From Endozoicomonadaceae bacterium (GTDB lineage: Bacteria; Pseudomonadota; Gammaproteobacteria; Pseudomonadales; Endozoicomonadaceae): a stretch of DNA of 32,000 bases. Location: contig CBDCZK010000006.1 in NCBI GenBank assembly GCA_965224475.1, forward strand, positions 27,171 to 59,170. The letters are read 5' to 3'. Of the stretch, positions 1 to 7,600 are shown in pieces. Every line of letters starts with the position of its first letter. Within the stretch, counting starts at the first letter, position 1. Under the pieces are notes generated by a model. It was not told where the DNA came from. It ran no database searches and saw only the letters and a list, made by a program, of their open reading frames with translations. The position numbers and the translations under genes were made by a program.

Positions 1-33
1 GCTAATACAATAGTTTGGGTGGGCCGGTTTTGG

Positions 34-231
34 TTCACCACAGAGTCACAGAGGGCACAGAGTTTTTCTAGTTTTAAACAATAAACTGCCATGCTCTCTA
101 TGACTCAGTGGCACGTTAAATACTTTTTCTCAACCTCAAAGTTAACTTTAATCGTTTGTTCGCTACTCAGACACAGAGATTTTATATTCTCAGACAATAA
201 ACCTCTGTGTCCTCAGTGCCTCTGTGGTGAA
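34..231. repeat. MITE-like structured repeat with imperfect terminal inverted repeats and a CACAGAG heptamer array
   Basis: The reverse complement of 201-231 (acctctgtgtcctcagtgcctctgtggtgaa) matches 34-64 (ttcaccacagagtcacagagggcacagagtt) at 27/31 positions. The core between them is AT-rich and non-coding. CACAGAG occurs 4x forward (39-45, 47-53, 56-62, 172-178) and 2x reverse (203-209, 220-226). An additional ~31-bp direct repeat (56-88 vs 172-201) ends in ACAATAAAC. No ORF is present. Confidence 0.45.
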
Positions 232-260
232 AAAAGACAACAAAACCAACTTTTTATATG

Positions 261-1109
261 CTAGACAGAATGAGCAAACTGTTTCAAAGCTGATATTTCA
301 TCAGCCCAAATCGTCTCATCAATGGTTTCCAGTACCATCGGGATGCCGTTAAAGCGATCATCCTGCATAATATAGCGAAATGCATCCCAACCAATTTCAC
401 CTTCCCCCAAACTATGGTGACGGTCTTTTCTTGACCCCAAAGGCGCTTTGGAATCATTCAGATGCATCCCTTTCAGATAATGAAAACCGACGATTCTGCC
501 GAACTCGGCAAATGTCTGTTCACAGGCATCAGGGCTGGCCAAATCATAGCCGGCGACAAAAGTATGACAGGTATCCAAACAAACACCTATCCGAGTTTTA
601 TCTTCAACCTGATCAATAATGTCTGCCAACTCTTCAAAACGCCAACCTAAGTTGCTACCTTGACCAGCCGTGTTTTCAATAACAGCAATCACACCGTCTG
701 TTTTATCCAGTGCCCAGTTGATAGATTCAGCAATACGTGAAAGACACAGACTGATATCAATCTTGCGCAGATGACTACCCGGATGGAAATTAAGCCGATC
801 CAGCCCCAACTGACTGCAACGATTCATTTCATCCAGAAAGGCGTGTCGGGATTTTTCCAGCGCCTCTTGCTCCGGATGCCCCAGATTAATCAGATAACTA
901 TCATGGGGCAGTACCTGTTCAGGCTTATAACCGTATTTCAGGCAACGCTCCCTAAACAGTTTGATACTCCTTTCTGTCAACGGCTTAGCCTGCCACTGCC
1001 GTTGATTTTTGGTAAACAAGGCAAAAGCCGTTGCCCCTAACTTATATGCATTAACCGGTGCATTTTCCACACCGCCGGCTGCACTGACATGTGCGCCTAT
1101 GTACTTCAT
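261..1109 (-). CDS. nfo: Endonuclease IV (AP endonuclease, Nfo)
   Basis: 282-aa ORF. The N-terminus [13 protein letters not shown], and the motifs HPGSH and LENTAGQG-like ([12 protein letters not shown]), CLDTCH and HLNDSK are hallmark Nfo/TIM-barrel metal-binding motifs. Confidence 0.95.
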   Translation of the reverse strand: MKYIGAHVSAAGGVENAPVNAYKLGATAFALFTKNQRQWQAKPLTERSIKLFRERCLKYGYKPEQVLPHDSYLINLGHPEQEALEKSRHAFLDEMNRCSQLGLDRLNFHPGSHLRKIDISLCLSRIAESINWALDKTDGVIAVIENTAGQGSNLGWRFEELADIIDQVEDKTRIGVCLDTCHTFVAGYDLASPDACEQTFAEFGRIVGFHYLKGMHLNDSKAPLGSRKDRHHSLGEGEIGWDAFRYIMQDDRFNGIPMVLETIDETIWADEISALKQFAHSV

Positions 1110-1337
1110 TAAACAAATAATCCTTTAAAGTCCCAATCACAGATTACACCAAATCATTCAAATACCAGATAAAAACAGTTATTTGATATATTTAATTTGC
1201 TGTACCTGGTGCAGGATAATATTGAACTAGATCTGTTGTAAATAATTCCTCATCACTAACCGTACTTCTATTTATGTGATAACGTTGCATTATATTACGA
1301 GTAACTGCCGAAATTTCATCTGTAGTAAGTTTTATAT

Positions 1338-1703
1338 CTATAGGTGAAGTTCTGTTAAGCAAAGATGCTGAAAAAGCTCATCTTTGAACTGCTCATCTGC
1401 TTGTCTAAAATAATCCTGTTCGGTTAGTGCTTTAACACCAAATTTCCTAGTCCATAGTTCAAAAAAAGTTAACTTCCGAAGTTTTTTGAGTTTCTCTTCC
1501 TTATCACTTAACATAGCTTCTAAAGAAACACCCTTTGACTTTGCCTCATTTTGCTTCTGTGTGTCTCTCATGTTTAATTGCAACGACTGTCGTTCACGTG
1601 CTGAAAGGAGATCATCCATATCTGCAAAGATATCCTTCCCTTTAAAGAGATTAGGGATAATAGAATCCCATGAACAAGATAGAAGGTCTTCTAGCATCAG
1701 CAA
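1338..1703 (-). CDS. Hypothetical protein, possibly a gene fragment
   Basis: 121-aa ORF in an AT-rich region with no recognisable motifs. The track start is TTG at 1703; the first ATG is at 1697. The in-frame upstream stop (1719-1721) lies inside the 86-bp repeat. A second open frame (1192-1377) overlaps its 3' end, suggesting a frameshifted larger gene. Confidence 0.4.
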   Translation of the reverse strand: MLMLEDLLSCSWDSIIPNLFKGKDIFADMDDLLSARERQSLQLNMRDTQKQNEAKSKGVSLEAMLSDKEEKLKKLRKLTFFELWTRKFGVKALTEQDYFRQADEQFKDELFQHLCLTELHL

Positions 1704-1787
1704 TTCCCGCAGACTTGATTAAAGCCCTTAATAACAAGGGCTGTAGCCTGATACTTTCTTGCTGAAATCGCAGACTATCCGATAGAA
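1702..1787 (+). repeat. 86-bp direct repeat, copy A
   Basis: Character-by-character identical (86/86) to 5853-5938: aattcccgcagacttgattaaagcccttaataacaagggctgtagcctgatactttcttgctgaaatcgcagactatccgatagaa. The flanks diverge immediately on both sides. Confidence 0.95.
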
Positions 1788-1788
1788 T
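1759..1788 (+). promoter_or_regulatory. Putative sigma70-type promoter reading toward the transposase
   Basis: TTGCTG (1759-1764), 18-nt spacer, TAGAAT (1783-1788), 33 nt upstream of the GTG at 1821. The last base of the -10 lies outside the 86-bp repeat; copy B reads TAGAAC. Confidence 0.3.
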
Positions 1789-1820
1789 TTCACCACTATA
1801 ATAATAACGATGCTTATGTT

Positions 1821-3156
1821 GTGCCGCTAACAAAACCAAGAACCATTGCTGAAAAACTGCTCAAAATAGTCTCTGATGAAGCGGCTGAAATTCCAGACTT
1901 TCGCAAGAAAAGTCAACATGACAAAATTGCCCTTCATGATGCGGTCATGAGTGGCCTTGCTGTCATGCACCTGAAATACCCTTCGTTGCTGGCTTTTGAT
2001 CAGGATTGCGTCAATAAGCCCGACAGGCTCAAGAACTTAAAGTCGATGTACAATGTCAGCAACGTCCCCAGTGATACCTATCTGAGGGAGCTGATTGACC
2101 CTATAGAAACGCGCTATTTCAGGAAGTTCTTTACCCGCTTGTTTGCCTTTGTGCAGCGATCTGGCCGACTTAAGCAGTTCACTTATTTTGAGGAAGGGTA
2201 TCTTGCGCCTATCGATGGTACGGGGCACTTTTGCTCAGGGAATATTAGCTGTCCTGAGTGTTGTGTAAAAAAAGGCGGACAGCAAAAATCCGCAATACTA
2301 CCATCAGTTACTGGCCTGCTGTCTGGTAAGGCCGGGCAAGAAGGAAGTATTGCCTTTAATGCCTGAGCCCATCACCAAACAGGTTGATGCGTCAAAGAAT
2401 GACTGTGAGAAGGTAGCGCTCAAGCGGCTATTGGCGAATTTATCCAGAGAACATCCCCACTTGCCACTGGTTCTTACTGTTGATGACCTGTACTCAGATG
2501 GACCGACCATCAAGTTGGTGAAGTCCTTTGGCTATAGCTTCATTATGGTGGCAAAGGACTCAACACATGAGTCGTTATACCAGGCCGTAGATGAGCTTGA
2601 TTGTGCAGGCAAAGTGGTACGCTACGAATATACCGATGAAAAAGGATTTACCCACTGGTTCCGGTTTGTAAATGGTGTCCCCATTAACAAGTCACACCCG
2701 GATGTGCTGGTTAACTATCTCGAATATATAGAAATTGATCCAGAGGGCAACAAGAAGTACGTCAACACCTGGATCACCGATATTGAGCTTTCAGCCGAGA
2801 ACGTGAATAAGTTCATGCGAGGAGCACGCGCTAAATGGAAAATTGAAAACGAAACGTTCAATACACTGAAAACACAGGGCTACCATCTCGAACACAATTA
2901 CGGGCACGGAAAGCAGCATCTGGCCAGCAATCTGGCATGCCTGACTTTTACGGCCTTCCTCATCAACCAGATAGAGCAACTGTCTTGCAAGCTTTTCCAA
3001 GAAGCGCTCAAGGCAAAGAAGTCTAAAAAGGCATTGTGGCATGCCATACGAGGGCTGTTTGACTGGTTCTGCATTGATAACTGGACAGACGTATTCACAG
3101 CCATCATTGAGGAGCGAAGTGTGAGCTTGAAATTGCTGACAGTCGATACGACATAG
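1821..3156 (+). pseudogene. DDE transposase (ISKra4/IS4-like) split by a +1 frame change at an A7 run
   Basis: Two consecutive ORFs, 1821-2366 and 2350-3156. The second frame is actually open from 2269. Reading through with one fewer A gives ...CPECCVKKADSKNPQYYHQLLACCLVRPGKKEVLPLMPEPITKQ.... The part after the frame change, ...NPQYYHQLLACCLVRPGKKEVLPLMPEPITKQ, resembles my recollection of related transposases. Recalled family motifs: DGTGHFCS..ISCPEC, DDLYSDGP, and KWKIENETFNTLKTQGYHLEHNYGHGKQHL. Terminal inverted repeats could not be identified. Confidence 0.75.
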
Positions 3157-3195
3157 AGAGTTGATGTTAGCCCTGTGACCTGTGTTACCAGCCAT

Positions 3196-5844
3196 TTAAA
3201 CCAACTGCCGATATAGCAGCAGCCTGGCTCTATTCATCTCTATAAAGTCATTTTTAATTAACTGAAAATGTGCCAATCGGAATCTAGTTTGCGGGAATTG
3301 CTGGTCTTCTAGCATAAAAGCAATCACCCCATATGCAAAATCAGAGTCAGAGTGAACATCAGTTCTAAAAGCTTCATCCTCGAATTCAGGTGGTTCTTTA
3401 AGCTTACCCATCATATAACCTTTGTTCATACCAACATAAGCCATAAGAGCTTCTAATCGATTATTAAGATCAAAACCGTAAAAAGACTCTAGAAAGAGTG
3501 AATAAATATCTCTTGGCAAAACGTCAAGAACTTTCAACTCATCAATTACTAACTTAACTTGCAAACTAGCATTTTTAAGCAACTCTTTCTCACCATCACC
3601 CCATTCAGAAACATTCTTATAAGAATGAAATTTAACATCACGTGCTTTTTCAATCTCACTTTTTCTCTGCCTAGCATTTACAACAACCTCAGATAGCACT
3701 AACGCACGAAGACGAGCATCTTTAGTTTTTTTACTCTTTCCTTTTAATTCTTTTTCTATCGCCTTATCAAAATAGTCTAACTCTCCTATAACCCTAGACT
3801 TCATATCATTAGTAAACGTATCTGTTAAATTATTAACCAAAAGCCCAAAATTCTCTTTTTTTTCTTTTCCATTATATCTTACTACCATATATTCTTTTAC
3901 CTTTTGAGCAACACTTGGATTACTAGCTAAAAAGGCCTTAGGGTCTTTACATAAAGAAGCTCTATCATCATCAGTTAAGTCAATACCCCAACGAATACTA
4001 TTATCTTGAACCATTTGGCAAAAGCTATCAGCAAGTGGTCGGTCTATATTTTGCCGCCGTTTTTTTTGCTTATCCTTTATTTTATCTACCTCAGTTCTTC
4101 TAATGAATATACTTTTTTTCGTACTACCTTCACATGATCTTCTAGAAAGACGGAGTGAATGTTTTCTACTGAGTCCACTAGTACGTTCACCTACATACTC
4201 ACCATCAACATTATCACTCTCTTGCTTGGGAGATGAGGTAGATTTTTCAGAAGAACTTCTTGATAGGGTGTCAGAATCATCTAATAAAGAATACCACGAA
4301 CTAGAATACCCCAAACTAACAGTTTCCGCAGACCTAGACTTTCTTAGTGGATATCCAGCATTCCTTCCTTGCTTTTTTAACTCCACTAATTTATAGAAAC
4401 TTGGCAGCTGATTATTAGTTTCTGCTCCCACACCCACTTCGGTTTGAGTCGACACTTCAACCATATTTTTTTGTTTTTCGTCTAATGCTCTTTCAGCATC
4501 ATTTTTAGTTTCTATTGATAGTCTCTCTAAGTCCTTTTGGCGTTCTGTTGTTAATAATGGCTTTGTTGACGAGGTAGATTCTTTCGACACTCTCTCCAAA
4601 GATGCTTCTTTAAGAAACATATTTTCCTTTAGAAGCCGCTCTATTTCTGCCTGAAGCTGTTTAACCATATCATTTTCATCAACAGTCTCAACACTTATCC
4701 TTTCTTCAAGCTCTTCATTCTTTTCCGTGAAAGATAATTCTGATTTTACGTCCTTTTGAAATTCATCACATTCGGCTACTTCAATACCAAGCATGCCATC
4801 GACTTCATGCCATAAATCCTCTTCTTCAGCACTTAAACTGTCTAAATCTCTAAAAGAATCTACCAATCCAGCTACTGTTTTTTCTTCTGATTGATTGCAG
4901 TATTTTTTCAATTGCTCTGCATTCTTCTTATCAAGAAGAACAAACCAGGTAATATGAGGGTCAAATGATTGATCTTGGGGCTCGATTACGGTACCCACAA
5001 AAAAGTTCGTACCAAAAAGAATCGGCTTACTTCCCACGCAACATTGTTGTCCACCACCGATAACACAACCGGCTTGGTGAGAAAAAAACAGCTCTTTCGG
5101 TTTTACATTTATATAAGAGTTATCATATTGCCAGCCTTTAGCGCCAAGCCCCTCATCCATTTTTCTACTTACTTTATAGTGATGATTTTGAATATATTGA
5201 TTGATAGAATCAAAGAAGCAGACTTTTATTTGTTTTTGTTTGTTAAACCACAGGTATCCATGTTCATCAGCTATCTTTCTAGCATCCTCAAAGAGCCGTT
5301 TTCCAGACGATGGAAAATCTTTATCCCCTTCAAATCTATCACTGTTAAAAAACCAAACTGGCTGCGTTTTTAACCCCAGCGTACTCCCTCGAGCTCGTCC
5401 CGCATTATCAAATTTAAAATCTTTATCTTCACTATTAATGTCTTCAGGTCGTTCCGGCATAGTCTGAAAAACAATCCAGTACTTTGCACACTCCAATCTA
5501 TCCCCCAGTTTTCCTGCTATATCTTCGGGCAACAACATTTTTGCTGAACTACCACAAAGTTCAACAGCAAGAAAAATTTCTGTTGGAGAATACATGATAG
5601 CCATATAGGGAACACCTGCAGGTATTCCCATTGATACCCCATGCTGTTTAATATATTTTACTTGCGAATCCCCAGCATGAAGAAAAGGCAAGCCTATTTC
5701 ACCCGCCCCCAAACGAACTTCACCCAGTGACTCTGCCTGTGCTTGATTAAAAAACAGCAACAATAGTGCAACCAACACTTTAATAAAAATATTTTTGATA
5801 TCCCTCACACATTCTCCTGTTAGAACACCTATCAGTAATCCCAT
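3196..5844 (-). CDS. Large secreted modular protein of unknown function (candidate host-interaction effector)
   Basis: 882-aa uninterrupted ORF in very AT-rich DNA. It has a Sec-type signal peptide (RDIKNIFIKVLVALLLLFFNQAQA|E). The likely true start is GTG 5806-5808, preceded by AGGAGA (5813-5818). Architecture: Cys-containing N-terminal domain (aa ~38-320), acidic coiled-coil-like segment (~330-470), Ser/Arg-rich low-complexity segment (~500-600), helical C-terminal domain (~600-882). No family was recognised. Confidence 0.8.
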   Translation of the reverse strand: MGLLIGVLTGECVRDIKNIFIKVLVALLLLFFNQAQAESLGEVRLGAGEIGLPFLHAGDSQVKYIKQHGVSMGIPAGVPYMAIMYSPTEIFLAVELCGSSAKMLLPEDIAGKLGDRLECAKYWIVFQTMPERPEDINSEDKDFKFDNAGRARGSTLGLKTQPVWFFNSDRFEGDKDFPSSGKRLFEDARKIADEHGYLWFNKQKQIKVCFFDSINQYIQNHHYKVSRKMDEGLGAKGWQYDNSYINVKPKELFFSHQAGCVIGGGQQCCVGSKPILFGTNFFVGTVIEPQDQSFDPHITWFVLLDKKNAEQLKKYCNQSEEKTVAGLVDSFRDLDSLSAEEEDLWHEVDGMLGIEVAECDEFQKDVKSELSFTEKNEELEERISVETVDENDMVKQLQAEIERLLKENMFLKEASLERVSKESTSSTKPLLTTERQKDLERLSIETKNDAERALDEKQKNMVEVSTQTEVGVGAETNNQLPSFYKLVELKKQGRNAGYPLRKSRSAETVSLGYSSSWYSLLDDSDTLSRSSSEKSTSSPKQESDNVDGEYVGERTSGLSRKHSLRLSRRSCEGSTKKSIFIRRTEVDKIKDKQKKRRQNIDRPLADSFCQMVQDNSIRWGIDLTDDDRASLCKDPKAFLASNPSVAQKVKEYMVVRYNGKEKKENFGLLVNNLTDTFTNDMKSRVIGELDYFDKAIEKELKGKSKKTKDARLRALVLSEVVVNARQRKSEIEKARDVKFHSYKNVSEWGDGEKELLKNASLQVKLVIDELKVLDVLPRDIYSLFLESFYGFDLNNRLEALMAYVGMNKGYMMGKLKEPPEFEDEAFRTDVHSDSDFAYGVIAFMLEDQQFPQTRFRLAHFQLIKNDFIEMNRARLLLYRQLV

Positions 5845-5852
5845 AATTTATA

Positions 5853-5938
5853 AATTCCCGCAGACTTGATTAAAGCCCTTAATAACAAGGGCTGTAGCCT
5901 GATACTTTCTTGCTGAAATCGCAGACTATCCGATAGAA
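5853..5938 (+). repeat. 86-bp direct repeat, copy B
   Basis: Identical to 1702-1787. It starts 8 nt upstream (on the minus strand) of ATG 5844 of the 882-aa ORF. Confidence 0.95.
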
Positions 5939-6337
5939 CAACTTTTATCGCTAGCAGCGGCTCTAGCCAGCAATATAGTCTTTAAGACACACTAATCTCA
6001 GGCAGACAAATAAACTGAAACATTAAATCAGTTATTTATAGCCAGAAAACTTATACCTAGCATGAGAACTTATACCATCAAAACTAAATTTTTTTAATGC
6101 TGACATATTAGCAAGGTTATTTAATTACTACCTTTCTTTAGCTCAGCCAAATCATAAGCACTTATAAAAAATCAGACTTCACCAGATAGAACAAAATCAA
6201 GAAAAAAACATCCCATTTAACATAGCTCTTATTCAGAGACAACGGATAATATCAATCGTTCAAAGTAGTTTGATATTCATTTGATGGCAATATTCTAAAG
6301 TCTTTTAGCAGCAGCCTGGATTATATTCAAATTCTCA

Positions 6338-6563
6338 GTCTGATTTGTAAACTCTTAGGTAAAATCGAGTCGATTTCGAACCATTCGGCTTGCTAAATGC
6401 CAACAATCACAGCACAGAACTCTTTCTATACCAAAAGACTTCACCAACAAATGTCTGATTTGTAAACTCTTAGGTAAAATCGAGTCGATTTCGAACCATT
6501 CGGCTTGCTAAATGCCAACAATCACAGCACAGAACTCTTTCTATACCAAAAGACTTCACCAAC
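6338..6563. repeat. Tandem duplication, 2 x 111 bp with a 115-bp period
   Basis: 6338-6448 and 6453-6563 are identical, separated by aaat. Each unit carries a 15-bp palindrome AAATCGA-G-TCGATTT (6362-6376 and 6477-6491). No ORF of 60 aa or more exists in any frame between 5845 and 6907. A hairpin TCAGGCT-taa-AGCCTGA follows at 6578-6594. Confidence 0.95.
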
Positions 6564-6907
6564 TGGACAATATCTATTCAGGCTTAAAGCCTGACAAATA
6601 AAGGTAAATGCTAATATTACATATTTCTCTCTACTAAGATGTCTGAAGATTAACCTCAAGTACCTCGCTATCCGCTAAGCTGGACTGGTAAGGCCTCTAT
6701 CTCCTATTAGCAAGCCAGAAATACCATTTATCAAGAGGCCAAACAGGCTTTGGTAAAAATAATCAAATCAGAATAGTCGCTGTAAGCTCTCATTTATCTT
6801 AACCGGGCTATACTAGCGAATCCTGCACCCTATCTTGAACCGGGAACAGTATATACTATAGCTTTTACACAAGGCAGTCCCAGCCTTTTCATTCTGGCTA
6901 AACATGC

Positions 6908-7600
6908 ATGAATATTCTCCTAGTTGAAGATGACTTAACCCTTGGTCCAGAGTTAAGGGATCGATTCAGCAACAGCGGACACAACGCCACCTTGGCTAAA
7001 AATGCAGCAGAAGGTGAATATTATGCCCGGGAATACCCGGTTGATATCTGCGTAATTGACCTGGGTCTACCCGATAAAGATGGGCTTGAGCTACTTACAG
7101 GCCTCCGTAACAACGGTTATCTCAAACCAATATTAATTTTGACCGCACGGGATGACTGGGAAACTAAAGTCGATGCCCTCGATTATGGCGCTGATGACTA
7201 TTTAACCAAACCTTTTATCTTTGAAGAACTCCATGCTCGTATCAACGCCCTGATTCGACGCTCCTCAGGATTGGCCAGCTCTATCATTCAGGCACCTCCT
7301 CTGGCACTGGATATTGCTGCACATAAACTTGAAATCAACAATGCACCCGTTTCTTTAACAGCCTACGAGTATCGGCTGCTTGAGTATTTGATGCGTAATG
7401 CCGGTGAAATAGTATCTAAGCGCGCACTTCTCGACTATATGTATCCGGATGAATCTGATATTCGCGATAATAATGTGATTGAAGTGTTACTCAACCGTCT
7501 CAGACAGAAGTTGAAAAAATCCGGTGTCAAAAACGCCATTGAAACACGTAGAGGTCTTGGCTACTGCTTTATACTGCCATGCAAAGATTTTCGTCACTGA
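6908..7600 (+). CDS. phoP: OmpR/PhoB-family response regulator, PhoP-like
   Basis: 230 aa. Receiver domain motifs (LLVEDD, phospho-acceptor context VIDLGLPDKDG, TARD, KPF) plus a winged-helix C-terminus (TAYEYRLLEYL...RGLGY). The symbol is inferred from the PhoQ-like partner. Confidence 0.85.
   Translation: MNILLVEDDLTLGPELRDRFSNSGHNATLAKNAAEGEYYAREYPVDICVIDLGLPDKDGLELLTGLRNNGYLKPILILTARDDWETKVDALDYGADDYLTKPFIFEELHARINALIRRSSGLASSIIQAPPLALDIAAHKLEINNAPVSLTAYEYRLLEYLMRNAGEIVSKRALLDYMYPDESDIRDNNVIEVLLNRLRQKLKKSGVKNAIETRRGLGYCFILPCKDFRH

Noticed and set aside
98-120. Resemblance of gactcagtggcacgttaa to the Tn3-family 38-bp terminal inverted repeat (GACGCTCAGTGG...CACGTTAAG).
   Set aside because: The match needs a 1-nt and a 10-nt gap. 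There is no partner IR, transposase or resolvase nearby, and the CTCAGTG/CACAGAG-like motif recurs within the local repeat. It is most likely coincidental.
1702-1787. The 86-bp repeat as integron attC sites, with the minus-strand ORFs as gene cassettes.
   Set aside because: The unit is not an overall imperfect palindrome. I could not find R''/R' core sites (RYYYAAC ... GTTRRRY) at its ends. No intI-like integrase is in the window.
5620-5650. GxSxG motif (GVSMG, aa 69-73), preceded by the Gly-rich LGAGEIG, in the 882-aa protein. This hinted at a patatin-like or serine-hydrolase effector.
   Set aside because: The short motif is common by chance. No convincing oxyanion GGxR/K or catalytic DGA/G lies at an appropriate distance. 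It is insufficient for a functional call.
6360-6395. tRNA T-loop-like GGTTCGAAA on the minus strand of each tandem unit, which could indicate a tRNA gene or tRNA-derived attachment site.
   Set aside because: No complementary T-stem, acceptor stem or anticodon arm can be drawn around it.
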